Shown here piece by piece: positions 12,136 through 25,444 of a DNA stretch of 64,000 nucleotides. Source of the DNA: Bispira polyomma (Eukaryota). The position numbers were made by a program, and so were the translations under genes. The stretch is taken from NCBI GenBank assembly GCA_965649765.1, contig OZ287749.1, forward strand, positions 64,108,001-64,172,000, in the 5' to 3' direction. Each line of letters opens with the position of its first letter. Positions within the stretch are counted from its first letter, which is position 1. Under the pieces are notes generated by a model that saw only the letters and a list, made by a program, of their open reading frames with translations, was not told the DNA's origin and searched no databases.

Positions 12136-14442
12136 TAGTAGAAGTATAGTGTGTCTGGCATTGTCAAATGGCACAGGTGTTGTAATTTGGCACAACTATC
12201 GCTTCTACTTGCGACCTTGCAACAAAATGTCACTTGCAATTTATAAATTGCCATATCCTAAATGTTTAAACATATTTTGCATCACCAATATAACATCTAA
12301 GTATGGTTTTAAGTTAGAATGGACTAAAATTTCCTCTGTTACATAATTTATTTGATAAGCTTGGGTTAACTGTGCCTTTATTATATCTCATGTGGTCTTA
12401 TGGTTTGGGGAATTGGTCTTGCGATCAAAATGTATCCGGTTTGATTCCCGAATGGGCAGGTAGTCTGGTGAACAGAAAGTACCTGGTTCAGGTCTAGGAT
12501 ATCAGGCAATTGCATTCTTATGATGACAAATTCACTATTTATTACGACCATGATTAATTGTTTATCGACTCTAATGGTACATTTTAGATGTGTGACATCA
12601 ATAGTTGGCATTAAAACTCCATAATACAATGCAAATATAATATGGTATTAATATAAATAAAAAATATTTCAAAAGCTGCCATGTTTAAAAAGCTCTAAAA
12701 GATATATTAACACCTGAAATTGTTTTACTTTACATACACTTTAATACATATATAGTGAAGGCCCCGGAAAGGCTACTGACGTGATGTCACCAAATCAAAG
12801 GCTTAAGGTCAAACCTCTCCGAAAACAAGAGAAGAATGTAGCACTAAGTTTATGTACATATATTAAATGAATCCACATGCACTTAAAGCCATTAGGTTAC
12901 AAAAAGTCACATTGTTACATTATCTAAATCCTCATTAACAAGTATGGGATTAATTTTTACAGTTGAGTAGCCACATAAACTAAGTTTAGTATTGTGAATA
13001 TCTTCTTACTTAGGCATTGTAAACATCTACCAGTATTACCATAACTCAGATTTATTACTTTTAATCCATGTTATTTTACTTCTGACAATATCTTTTGCAA
13101 ATAGAACATATTCATATAGATTTTTAAATATATAGTACTGTGACATCTCAACAAGGAAAATTGTCATAAAAGTTTCACCATCTAAAGGTGTAGGTTAAGG
13201 TTGCTTTAAGTTTGTGAGCAAGCATATAGCATAGTATTTCAGTGTAGAAAGATAATCCCATTGAACTGAACTCCTCCACAAGATTGAAAGCTTACTTTAC
13301 CAAGATAAATATTATTCCATTCATTTTGGTAGTAAAATGTTTCCTTTACCTATTAGTGAAGGGATGAATATGAAACGATTTTAACTTGTTCTACAAAGGA
13401 ATTATACAGTTTTTAAAGACTGATAGTCCTGTCGTAAAAATAACCTATTTTGCTTAATTATTAGGTCATTTTTTATTATAAAATCTTCACTACATTATAA
13501 TATATCTAAATTACTTTGTACATGATAACTCTATTTTAATGCATATATAACTATCTTATTACACCGTACTACTATTTCTCATTATTGCCCACGCGTTATT
13601 CAATTGAAAAGGTGTGGAATTGCTTTCTTAAGAGGCAACATTTTCCTATATTACTCTAGTTCTGACAGAAAGATCAAACAGCCTTTCTTTTTAGCCAGTA
13701 GCCACTCTCTGATGTTGAAGTCACCACCTATTGACCCCCTAGGGTGATAAATGTCAACTAAGTCTTTCAATATCAACACTACAACATATAAAAGTATAGC
13801 ACAAAGTGTACGCCCTGAAATTATGAAAGAAAACATAACATTCCTACTTCATTTAATTGTTAAAATGGCAAAATATTTAAAAGTGATACAGACTGTTAGC
13901 TTATGATAATTACTAAAATATTTTAGCTAAAGAAATTAGACAGTGATACTTAATTCCCAGTGAAAATTTAAATTTGCATTTATCTTTCAAAAAAAATTAG
14001 CCATTAGTCAAAAAATAAATTCTAGTACATTTCTTAAGAAAATGGAGACATTTTTAGTGATATTTTTTTTCTGGCTGTATTTTCAACTTCTACAGTATCT
14101 AGCTTTGACTAAGAGACCTTAATATATAAACTCAGGGTAAAAAAACAAAACAAATCCCTTTTATGGAGACGTTTATGTTCTCTTGTATCAAAGAACTGGC
14201 AGCATATTTGTGGCTTCATTTAATGGTCTTAATCTGTTTGAATATGTTGATGCACCCAGCCAATGATATCAATATTTCAGGCTCTTTAAAGACAGGTAGT
14301 GTTATTACTGAAGTTGATACTTTATACCCATTTCCGGTATCAAAAAAATCACGATTTGTTTTCAGTCAATGGGAGGGTATGTAGGTGTATATTAAAGAAT
14401 ATGTTTCATCGTTGACACGTGTCCATAATGAATCGGTGCGCA

Positions 14443-14620
14443 GAAAAAAAAGCATGGTGGAAAAAAGGCCTGGTGGAAAAAAGGCCTAGTGGAATAAGGC
14501 ATGGTGGAAAAAAGGCCTGGTGGAAAAAAGGCTTGGTGGAAAAAAGGCATGGTAGAAAAAAGGCCTAGTGGAAAAAAAGGCAAGGGGGAAAATAGACCTG
14601 GTGAAATAATGGCAGGGTCC
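14443..14620 (+). repeat. 16-bp minisatellite (GAAAAAAGGC[A/C]TGGTG)n, about 10-11 units
   Basis: Direct inspection. It explains the low-complexity ORFs starting at 14392, 14486 and 14501. Confidence 0.9.
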
Positions 14621-15049
14621 ATTTTTAAAAAATTGGAAAACATGGTTGCAGAAATCCCTACTTTTAAAATTAAACCCTTGACAGACAAGGAGAAACAACT
14701 TTTCTAAAGATTAACCCTGCCAACTAAGAGTTTTCATTACCATATTAGGACGTAGTGTCTTCCTAATTAAGGTTTTGCCATATTTTACACCCCTTATGCA
14801 TTTTATTGGGATGCAAAATCTGGCACTACACTGGAAGCATGACAATATATGCAACATTCATGTTATTTAGCCTGCCGCTGGGGATTGAACCCAATGATAG
14901 ATAATCTACATTTTGAGTTGATCATAAGAGGCACTATGTATCCACTAGTACACAATCAAACCCAGATCCTATGCATTTGGAATGGGTTTGTTAACTTGCG
15001 TTTCCACATAGCCAATGACTGATTTATACTTAATATCTTTCGCATATAT

Positions 15050-15377
15050 CTACCTTCATCTGGTATTCAGAGCGCTAATTAACCTTTTTCTGACTGTAAC
15101 AGTCAACTGCCTCAGTTTCTGTCATTCCCTAAAACTGAAGAGAAAGGCTTTAGGATGACCATTTATCAACGTCCCCAAGGATCTTTAGCATGCCACTGGG
15201 GATAGCACCCAGTGACAGAGGACCACCAATTTAAGTGATCATCCAAGCCACGAGGCAAACGTGTGTACACATCTTTCCCACAGATGGTATCCCACCAATG
15301 AAACAAGCCGCCGGTACGGGGAATAGAAGCCAGGACCATCTGATTATCAGACCAACTCCCTAACTACTAGGCCACCA
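15050..15377 (-). mobile_element. tRNA-derived SINE family C (Deu/Nin-like domain)
   Basis: Minus strand: GTGGCCTAGTAG head, then GGATGATCACTTAAATTGGTGGTCCTCTGTC...GCATGCTAAAGATCC, which resembles my recollection of the Deu domain (GGATGAGACGTTAAACCGAGG...TAAAAGATCC). Shared with the 34655, 56085, 20560 and 54320 copies. Confidence 0.75.
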
Positions 15378-17354
15378 AATGTGTAATATTGTGCATCTAT
15401 GTTATACACAGATTTACCAAATTAATCACGAGTGCAGGTCCAAATACAACTACACATATACTCCCCCAAATCTCTCTGATTAATCGTGTTTAATTATTTT
15501 TAGAAGTGGTATAACATTTCCTAGGCAGTGTATTTTTTAACCTCCCCCAATGTGTGTGGGTGCTTGTGTGGTTTACTTAAGACTCTCCCTGATATCGGCG
15601 GCACTCTTTTAACTGGGTGTATATAAAGTAGAGAAATGACACATGCCCTGGTTATTCTATACCTGTATGTGAATGAGTTTGAAGACACAAAAACCTTACA
15701 CTACATACAAGTAAGAAACCTTTGTGTAGTGTTAAATTGAAAGAAATCAATTATTAAAGAAGTAAATGAACTCATTTTAAATGTATTGCTTAAAGAGTGT
15801 GATCTGACAATGAAATTGTGTTAATATAAATAATTTTGTAATAAAAAAAAACTTCTAAAACCAATCCTGATTGTAGACCTGATTGTGGATGCAATTGAAG
15901 TTAAATCAGGCATTTGAATCTTAAATTGGATGTATGGACATACTACAGCATGAGTCTTCAGCATAAAAATATCGAGAATACAACTTGTATTCTCTTTAAA
16001 AATGAATAAAATAAATTTTTGAAAAAAAAAAAACAACAATACAAAAACAAACAATAACAGGATAATGGAAAAGAAATGAGGAAGCTTTGAAGGAATTCCA
16101 ACCTTTTGCTGAAGTAACGTATTTCTAATTGAAAAGACGCCAGGTTTGATAGAAAATTTTTTGTCTATTTTTCTTTTTTCTTTTTGTTATCATCATAATA
16201 CATCATCTACACACATACATAAAAAGTGTCATAAGCACTGATATAACCGTCTACATTAATTGATTATATGTATGAAATATGTTGGTTATATGTTGATTCA
16301 GTTCTTGAGAAAATATAAACCACTTCATCATTTATCACATATTACCCTTATCACATCTATTTTTCTTTAAGAATGTCTGTCTACCTTATAAGTTAAATTA
16401 CTTTTTCAAGGCACGTCATTCAAACAAATCACTTGATTATTGTTGTATAATTGAAACTGATTCATTACAAAACTTTGTGACATTTTAATTAATTAAAATA
16501 TTTCATTTACATTTTCCCACTAGTATGGTGGCTTGGGAAAAACAATAGGAAACAATGTTTAGAATATCTAGCCTTTTCCTGGTGTTCTGTCAGTTTATAT
16601 GATGTTTGAAATAATATCTTGTTTTTGTTTGAATACTAAACTACCAGATTCCATTTTACACAGAGACTGTATGTTAGACCCTTATACATCTGGTCAGCCG
16701 GTCAGAATTACATTTTCAGGGTTTTTATAGGAATTATTTTATAAGTAAATATTTTCACCTGTAATTAATTTGAGGTTTTTCACATATAATTTTGTCAGAT
16801 TGGATAGTTAAAATTAATTTGAAGTAAGAATTTAAACATGTAATCAACTTTTTTTTAGCAAAACCTGACCAAGAGTTTAATGAACTTTATTAAAATCGTA
16901 AGAAATTGTAAAGTGGTTAAGCTTTTTTCCATCTAAAATTTAAATAAGTCAGAAATGCAAATAAACCCCGTAGCTACAAAAATGACTAGTCTCTTTTGGT
17001 ATACATAAAGTAGGTTTAAAGAAAATATATGAGAACAATGACATTATATGTTTAGCTTATCGTTGATCGCCTTAAGCAAGGCTAGCTTATATGCCATGTT
17101 TGCTGACGATTTTTGTGACATATGTATAAAACAAATAAATAAGGGCACATTTGAAAGGGTCTATTGAATAAGGAACAATAATATATAATTTACCTTGCCA
17201 CAATTATTATATTTTTAGAAGGTTAAATAGCCATTGCTGGAAACTATTTTTTTGGTGTATATACATAGAACATATTCTGCCCCAAAAAGTGTCTTGTTTT
17301 GCTGTTTTAGGGCTATCTACAAGTTTTATGAATAATACTGTTATGTATTGGTAA

Positions 17355-17560
17355 TACTCTTGTCTCCCACCTCTGCTAGCATGGGTTTACATCTTGGTTC
17401 AGACATGTATGCTGTGGGATAGTCGGCAGTAGACTTGCTCTAGGCCGGTGTTTATCAGAGCAGAAAACCTTGACCAACTACTTTGTTCTGATGTTCTCCA
17501 CCAGTAAATTACCTAATACGATATGAGAAAAGTGTGTTGCAAGCAACGCCAAACTCAAAC
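17355..17560 (+). mobile_element. Degenerate family A-related SINE
   Basis: GTCTCCCACCTCTG...GCAGAAAACCTTGACCAACT...GTTCTCCACCAG...AACGCCAAAC is colinear with family A. Confidence 0.6.
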
Positions 17561-17759
17561 TAATTATTACAACTATAAAGTATTATCACATATTACAGGG
17601 TAATTATTTTTATATCCAAGCATATTTAGCCTGTATTTCTTCAGTTGAACTCCAAGCACTGTACTTAATGAGGTTGATAACGTATGACTATATTCTTCCA
17701 CCATGCTCAAACTCAACACAGAATTAATCTCGCTTAACTGCTGCAGTTATTTTCATTCG

Positions 17760-18100
17760 AGTAGAATTTTAAGGGCTTCTTTGTGCAGACTAAGCATACA
17801 CTTTGTTCCACTGACATTTCTGAGACCTGATGTAAACCAAGTGCAGAGTTAACTGTGTTTTCATAACTTCTCACAAGGTCCCGTTAATAGAGCAACAATC
17901 CCATTTAGGCAAAAAGAATTTAGACAAAAATGTTCTACACATTCAGCTATAGCAATTGGGCAGATCCTAAAGTTATCAAATTCTATCAAAAAAGAAATGT
18001 ACAAAACTTTGCTGCAAATAAGTTTGAATGGTAATCCATATTCATCCATTCACTGATCTTTACCATTCCTCTTTTATATCAGAAATCTGAATAATACAGC
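17760..18100 (+). mobile_element. Degenerate LINE RT N-terminal relic
   Basis: + strand remnants LTVFS*LL (compare PISLL.VFSKLLE) and QKEFRQKCSTHSAI (compare QFGFR..HST..A). Confidence 0.4.
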
Positions 18101-18444
18101 ATTTTTAGGAGCAGACATAAGAGTTTAAGGTAGTTCCTACCATTTGAAAGTATCTGACATGTGAGTGGGAAAAAACTAATATGTTTTGCAGGAAATGTCA
18201 AGCTTCCTTTCTATGCTATTGCTCTAGATTGACTGTAGCCTCGCATAATGCTCTAGTTTCCTTATTGAGTATGTTATATGGACTTTAGAACTTTGGTTTT
18301 TTAAATGTTCGCCTGAATATCAAAATACTCTTATATTCCAATACTGTCCTGTGACAAGGAAAGATCTTCATATATCGATACATTACATGTACATATTTGA
18401 TTTGATTTTGTGAATCAAATGAGGCTATCTGACAAAAATAGGAG

Positions 18445-18875
18445 GTGCTTCTGTAGTGTAGTAATACACTCCAAACATACTTATGCAGTCACGGTTAGAT
18501 TCTCGACCCCGGCATGTATACATGTGGAAGAGGTGGCAGTATACTAGCTGAAGGCCAGTGGTTTGCCAGTACACAAAACTATGACCAAATATATACATAT
18601 TTTGCTTTTATTTTCCAATAAACTGTATGTGACGATATAATACTAGTTACTAGTTGTTAAAATTTACATTGGGGACCTCAGTGGAAGAACAGTAACACAG
18701 TCACGGTTCGATTCTGAACCCGACATTCATCTGGGGAATGTTGGCAGGTGACTTTGCTGAAGACAGGTGGTTTGTAGAACACAAAACTTTGACCAACTTT
18801 GTACCTGTTCTATTTTCTCTCCCTCACCATTTCATTTACGATAATACTACTCCGTTGTTAAAAGTGGTGTAAAAA
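18445..18875 (+). mobile_element. Two head-to-tail degenerate family A-related SINE copies
   Basis: Repeated CAGTCACGGTT(A/C)GATTCT...GCTGAAG...GTGGTTTG...ACACAAAACT(A/T)TGACCAA...ACGATA(T)AATACTA...GTTGTTAAAA blocks at about 18445-18665 and about 18672-18875. Confidence 0.65.
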
Positions 18876-19582
18876 CTGAATATATATATTTAAATCGGAT
18901 AATTTTAAGGCCTTGAGAAAGGCTAAGATTGACTGCTCATTAAGAATATGTAACTCTTGCACACAACCCTCCCAACATCGTTTTATATGTCCCTTCCCCT
19001 CTTCATTCTGTCTTGTTTTAACCCCTGAATTATCAAGATCCAGATACACAGCCTACACACTGTCTTCATTCCAGGCATGTCATTTTTTCTTACCAGTAAT
19101 CACATCAGAATGTAAATGCCAAACCCCAAATATCTGATGGTGTATAATTGGTGTTTGTGTAATGGTAACTGGCTAATCGATTATCTCTGTGACCTTGACA
19201 CTGCACTTTTCTGGCAATGACAAGCCCCAGCCTTTAATATCTATAGTGTCCATCCATGTATGTATTTTGACATGTAACTGTATGACGTGTGACTGAATCA
19301 ACAACAGGGGTTCTTACACATTGAAGTGAAATATTGTACACACCAGACTTTTTACTGTTAAAACCATAGAGAAACAATTTAAATATAATTTGGGCCGGGT
19401 AGGGAGTTGGGGAAATGTGACAGGGATATATGGGTTGGGAATTTATAGACATTCATAAGAATTTATCCATATTTTTAAGACAGTACCCATTCCCATCAGA
19501 GAAGTCCAGATAGGTCCAGGATACATCCCATACCATTAAGCACACGTTTGAGGGATAACATATCTAATTACAAGTTTATTAC

Positions 19583-19584
<2 letters not shown>

Positions 19585-19617
<33 letters not shown>
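19585..19617. repeat. (AT)n microsatellite
   Basis: About 16 perfect units. Confidence 0.95.
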
Positions 19618-19623
<6 letters not shown>

Positions 19624-20559
19624 GTGTTAAACTACTATTGTTAACATTCACATTTTTATCACATTAAACCTTTACCATCTTTACCAGGAGTAACATAAAA
19701 CCACGTATAAGTCAAACTGTTGGGTTGATGTTCTATATGTGTTAGAATTCTATATGATGGTGTAGAAAACTGGCATTTTACATACACATACACTGTACAG
19801 ATCGGGATGCTTATAATATACTGCAAAACATCCCCTTAAAAATCATCAGCAATAAAGAGCATCATGAAACTGACAAAGGCAGTAATTATTCCCCAGCTGA
19901 TAATCATACATTTCTACGGGTGTCTTTATCACATTGAATTGGCGGCCTGAAAGGAAATGGAGATTGAATTTTTGGGCTGTGAAGTAGGTTATTCAGATGG
20001 ATACCTTTATATGTAGAGAAGGGTGTTGTGTGTGTGTGGGCTGGTTTTATATGGCTTTAGTAAACACCAACGTATATGTACACTTCTGCCATTCAGCCAA
20101 AAACATGTGGGAAATATAGTTAAAAAAATATATCTCCATAATTGACTATGTAATAAGTGGATGGTTTAATTTACTCGTACCATTTACACTATGTTTATCA
20201 AGTTAAAAATTGATGTTTTGTGTGTTCAAAAACTTCTTACACAGTTGTTTGATAATAAATGTTATTCAAAAATTCTGATAAATATATCAATGAAACTAAT
20301 TTATAAAAAATTTATGAATGGATTATAAGTATATAAACTGACTCAACCTAACCACAAACGTTTGTTAGCCTGTTAACTCAATGAAAGTCACTACTGTAGT
20401 GATAGGTTCGAATGTCGATTCAGGCATAAACATGCTAAAACGCCGGTTTATTTATAATGCAGAAATCGTGACCAACTAACCTGCACCAGTGTCCTCACCA
20501 CTAAATTATCAAAAGTGATATGAAAGTCACCATGAAAAGTGACTTTAAAAACCCTAACT

Positions 20560-20735
20560 TTGGCCTTGGGCCACAGTGGACCCTTGTTCGAGAACAGCCT
20601 GCTACTGGTACTGACAGACATATAATGGCTCAGATGACCTCTGAAATTTCAATTAACAGTCATTGGGTCCTATCCCCAGTGGCAGGCTAAAGAACCTTGG
20701 CGATGCTGATAAATGGTCATCCTCAAGCTTATGTG
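20560..20735 (+). mobile_element. SINE family C fragment
   Basis: GGCTCAGATGAC...GTCATTGGGTCCTATCCCCAGTGGCAGGCTAAAGAACCTTGGCGATGCTGATAAATGGTCATCCTCAAGC. Confidence 0.7.
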
Positions 20736-20804
20736 AAGTCAGGTATAGTCTATGCTGTGTATAAATTTGAATATGAATGCAAATCACCGCAAGAATTCGG
20801 TGGG

Positions 20805-21400
20805 TAACACTCACCCACACTCACTTACACTCACTCACCTACCCACATACACATATTCACATACCCACACATACTCACAAACCCACACACACCCACTCAC
20901 CTACTCACACCCACCTACTCATCTACGGACATTCCACCCACCCACTCACACATACACTTACCTACCCAGACCCACACACTCATCTTCTGGCACTCACCCA
21001 CACACTAACCTACCCACACTTTCACCCATCCCCCACCCACTCACAAAACTCACACACACACACACTCACTTACCTACCCAGACCCACACATTCAACTAAC
21101 TGCACTCACCCACACATTAACCTACCTACACTTTCACCCATCACCCACCCACTCACAAAACTCACACACACACACACACACACTCACACCTACATACATT
21201 CACCTACCCACTCACATACCCCCACACACACTAACTTACCTACCCACCACTGACTTACCTACAAACGCACTCACCCACTAACCCTCAAACACACCCATTC
21301 ACTTACCCACACACACTTACCCACGCACTAACCTACCCTTCCGCACTCCCAACCAGGCCCCACCCATACACACCCACCCACACACCCACCCACACAATCA
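20805..21400 (+). repeat. CA/CACC-rich low-complexity tract with an internal 112-bp duplication
   Basis: CTTACCTACCCAGACCCACACA... starts at 20957 and again at 21069. Confidence 0.9.
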
Positions 21401-22964
21401 CAGTGGAGTACCATTTGTTCTCAGACATTTCTACATCATGGCCTAAATCCTCTCTTGTCTTGACTTATTACTTTTCTACAGACTCATCACTCACATATAC
21501 TTGACGCCTAATCTCTTCATACCAATTAATCCTTGGGCCAGTATTTTATGACTAAAAATTCTTCCTTACACTGCTTAATAGGATATGGCTCTGTGGTATT
21601 TTTCATTTATATGTTTTTTGCCAAATGAGCTACATTAACTGCTTTCAGTTATAAAAAGGCATGACAACTTCGGATAATATTTCGATTGTGTTTACTCTTT
21701 GATAAATTTATACCTGGAAAGATAAATACAATTCTAAATGTTGCCTATTTATACTCATGAGGAAAAAAATCCCAAAACTAGTTCCTATTGAACATTTCTG
21801 CTAATATATAGTGTTTGGAATATATGACCCAGTCATTGACCTTTCAAAGGTCAACTTCCGTAATATTATTCTTTAGTTAATGTGTCCCATTGAGCATAAG
21901 TCAGACAATGTCCATGGTTGTATGTCTCTCTTTGGATTATCTGGAGTAAACATACACTGTATAGGATTTCATCCATAATCCTCTAATAGACTTTTCCTTT
22001 CTTAGAACAAAAGGTGTATTACTCCTTGAATAATGGCCTCGACAAGGCGACAATTATTGCTGCTGTATATTGTCTTGAGTATGACATTTACCAGAATGTT
22101 TTCTGCATATATATACATATATACAAAACCACTTTTATACCCTTTAAATATGTAACAAGGACATTACACCACACATCACTGTATAAAGTTAAGTTTTAGC
22201 TGAATTTAATTGCATCATTCACTTTAGTTTGGGTTTAACATGATAAATTATTCCAAAGGGCAGTTCAATTGGAGAGAACTAGAACAGGGTAGCTGGTCAA
22301 GGTTTTATGTTTTGCAAATACCAGCCTTCAGCAATTCTACTACCAAGTTTCACACATACACGTTAGTGTGCTACCATAATTACTATGTCACAAAGGTCCC
22401 CTTGCACAATTAAGTATTTGCAAATATAATACTACAGTTTTAACGTCAACTATTTTTCCCCCAAATTTGATACACATTCTAGTATTGAGCTGTATTGAGG
22501 CTATTATCTCCATGACCTTATTTCAACATTAGTCTCTGCTGAGATCCCATGAGTTTACAATTCTGGGTAACTCTAGACTCTTTCAATTATGTCTCTCTAC
22601 TAGCAAAAGAAAGGGAAAATCTACCAAACTCTTTTTATTTCCAAATCCTGATATAAAAATACTATCTTGTTCGTGTAGTCTTCCAAAGACACATTTGCAA
22701 AGCTCTATTTTATTAATATCAAATGTACCTCCAGTCTTGATTAGTCCCAGTCTCAAACTAAAAACATATAAACAGAATAAAAACATATAAATAGCATTGC
22801 CGTATTAAAGCAATACAGTTCACTTTACATAAAATCTATCTTAATAATATGAAAAAGAAATAAAGCATGATTAAAATCCTGGCATAAATGAAAAAAAAAC
22901 AACAACTAGAATCTGACAAGCTAAGATTTCATTTAGTTTCACCCTGACAACTTTCTAGACACTG

Positions 22965-23209
22965 TGGCCCTATTTTCCACATATCTCAAGTTCAAGTCAG
23001 AGACTCAAAGCTCGTATATTTAAGGTCACCATATCTCTGACTATAATGAAGTTAAGTCAAATCTGATTGTATATTTGAATTCACCACTGGAAGCTCTATT
23101 AAAATAAATGGTTACAAGTAAATGTTATTTCCATATATACAGGGACTTGCACCCATAGCCCTTCACTTAAGTTGATTATGAGTTTGAGTTTCTTTGGAAG
23201 AATCTAGAA
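22965..23209. mobile_element. Older copy of MITE family M2 (opposite orientation to the 25203 copy)
   Basis: Internal ATATTTGAATTCA...AGCTCTATTAAAAT(A/G)AATGGT...TTATTTCCAT is the reverse complement of about 25275-25345. CTG flanks at 22962-22964 and 23210-23212. Confidence 0.72.
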
Positions 23210-23624
23210 CTGGATTTGCTTGATAATCTTATATATATAACACACACAGAGGGTGATTAGACTGAAATGTGGGATAGTAATGGAATTTGGGATGTAGATG
23301 GTGGGGTGAGGGGGGATAGTGGGGTGTTGTGTTGGTGGTGGTGGGGGTACATGTTTTAGGGTGTGTTTCCTGGAAGATGAGACAAGGTTGTAAATGTCGA
23401 GTCACTTCAGATTGGGTATTAGGTCCAAGATTGGCTTTCTGCGATTTCCCCCATCCCCCCCCCCCCCCTGTTCTTATGTTGTCACTAGCATTTTTAGGGA
23501 GATTCTCATTTTTTTGTGCTCTCGATCTATTAAAGTTTATTACATGACATCTATATTTATATACAATTTTAATAAGGTACTAAACGGAGAATTAAGACAT
23601 GTCAACGGTACATATGTACAGTGA

Positions 23625-24245
23625 ATTTAAATAAGTAGGTTTTTAATTGTTGTTGTTTTTTTAAAGTTGAAAACTGTGTTGCAACATCTTGATTTGCAGA
23701 CTGTTCCACAACCATGGTAATGCACAATCATTGCAATGGTTTAACGTCTAGTTTTTGGGACTGACAGCAGTTTGTGTAAATCTGAGCGTAAGTGTATGTA
23801 CACATGTAAGCGGCTTCCGACATCAGACGTCGGATTTGCGGCTGCGATTTTTTTCCCTCCTCATATATTTTGTTAATTTGTTCACATGTGTCAGACTGCA
23901 AATTGCAACTCACGATTTGCGGCTCCCGAATGAGAACTTTTCAATCCAGGACCGAAAAATCTGGTGAGAATGTGAAATCGCAGATAACCCAATCATTTTC
24001 ATAAAAGAAGAGGTGTGTGTGTCTGTGGAGAGGAGGGGGGGAGGAGAAATCTCATTAGGAAATCGTACGTCTGAAATCGTAGGCCGCTTACATGTGTACA
24101 TACACTGAAGAATGAGCATGACTATTTCTGATTAGAAGACTGGTGATGTGGTCAGGTACAAGACCATGCATGACCTTGAAACATAGTAGCAAGATATTGT
24201 ATTCCATGCGTTGTTGAATTGTAAGCCAATTTAAGGCTTTTTGAT
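23625..24245 (-). mobile_element. 3' end relic of an L2-clade LINE (ORF2 C-terminus), split by the MITE
   Basis: Minus-strand translation ALNWLTIQQRMEYNILLLCFKVMHGLVPDHITSLL...HS[MITE]LRSDLHKLLSVPKTR...PWLWNSL...FKK..KTYLF matches the L2/CR1 consensus LHWLP..RI.YK.LLL.FK..HGLAP.YL..LL..LRS...L.VP....WNSLP...FK..LKTYLF. Confidence 0.85.
23792..24105. mobile_element. MITE with ~47-bp imperfect TIRs and TWA-type TSD (PIF/Harbinger-like), inserted in an L2 LINE
   Basis: Left GTGTATGTACACATGTAAGCGGCTTCCGACATCAGACGTCGGATTT versus the inverse of the right end GTGTATGTACACATGTAAGCGGCCTACGATTTCAGACGTACGATTT. Flanks are TAA (23789-23791) and TGA (24106-24108). Confidence 0.85.
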
Positions 24246-25202
24246 ATAAAATAGCAATAATTACTGTAAACCGAAAAAGTGAACCAAAACAAACCATATT
24301 AAAAAGGGAGATTAAAGACCTTGTGTAAAATACTGTGCATTTGATGTCAAAGTCAATAAAGGTCATTTCAGAGTCAATAAGAGCTTGACAACAAAGAGAC
24401 ACAAGCCACAGTAAGATACAGTAAGACAGACCTCCAGCAAGTCTTTGCTTCAAATAACTGCAGAGATAAAAGTGACCAATTAAGACTTAATAGCTCAGAA
24501 AATAAAAAAGCAGGGATTTCTGTCGACATTAATGTATCTAAAGACTGGCTTTTCTCCGGATATAATGTCTTCTCTTTCTTTCTTATAAACCTGATGGATT
24601 GCTTCTGTATCAAGCAACTCTTGGCAGCTTCAAAGAGCAAGCAATTGTAGTTTCTTTGTAGGGTCAACTTATCTTCAACTAGAAGAACAATAATAAAGTT
24701 TTCAAGTCAATCAATCATTAAAACCAGAACTTTTGATTATTAAAAGTTTTGCATATTATGTTTTGCCTTTGAGAAATGTCTAAGTAAACACTAGCAGATA
24801 AATGTAAATACAATAAATTTTAGCCAGAGATTGGATAAGACATTAAGGTAGATAGCTATATAAGTGGCTTACATTGATGTGGTATTTGGAGAGGTGTTCT
24901 TGGAGACAGTTCTTTTGCTGCTGCTTAGTAGCAGTGCCTATATAGCTTATAGCCTTTTTATGGGTGTAATCTGTTAGGTGTAGACTTAAAGTAAAGCTTT
25001 TAAAATGTAGCAAAACATCATTTTTGATGGTTCTCTGTGTAATAATTTGGCATGCATGCAATAGGTGTATGTTGTATCAAACCAGGTCACAGTCTGTATA
25101 TATTCTGTTCTTTACCTATGCCAACAATATAAACTTAAGATAATACTTAAAGTCACGTGCCTGTATGCTTCAAAGAAACTTTCTGGGCTACATTCAAATC
25201 TG

Positions 25203-25444
25203 GACCCGTATTCTCGAACGTAAACTCAGCTTAAACTCATACTCAACTCAAATATAGGCCATGTGGAAATCATTATACATGGAAATAACCTATACTTGTG
25301 ACCATTCATTTTAATAGAGCTTTTAACCCTGAATTCAAATATCAAGTCAGATTTTAGATACATTTACCGTATTTAGAGATATAGAGATTCCAGATTTGAG
25401 TTGAGTATGAGTTTAAGCTGAGTATACGTTGGAGAATACCAGCC
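25203..25444. mobile_element. ~240-bp MITE (family M2), PIF/Harbinger-type, ~50-bp TIRs
   Basis: GACCCGTATTCTCGAACGTAAACTCAGCTTAAACTCATACTCAACTCAAAT and its near-perfect inverse at the right end. CTG TSD at 25200-25202 and 25445-25447. Confidence 0.88.

Noticed and set aside
14392-14707. Lys/Gly/Trp-rich and Phe/Pro-rich ORFs
   Set aside because: Translation of the 16-bp minisatellite.
20752-21253. His/Thr/Pro-rich ORFs (115 and 158 aa)
   Set aside because: Artefact of a CA-rich low-complexity tract that lacks stop codons.
24374-24667. Additional LINE ORF2 fragment (QKQSIRFI...LFSELLSLNW)
   Set aside because: The similarity is too vague to call without a profile search.
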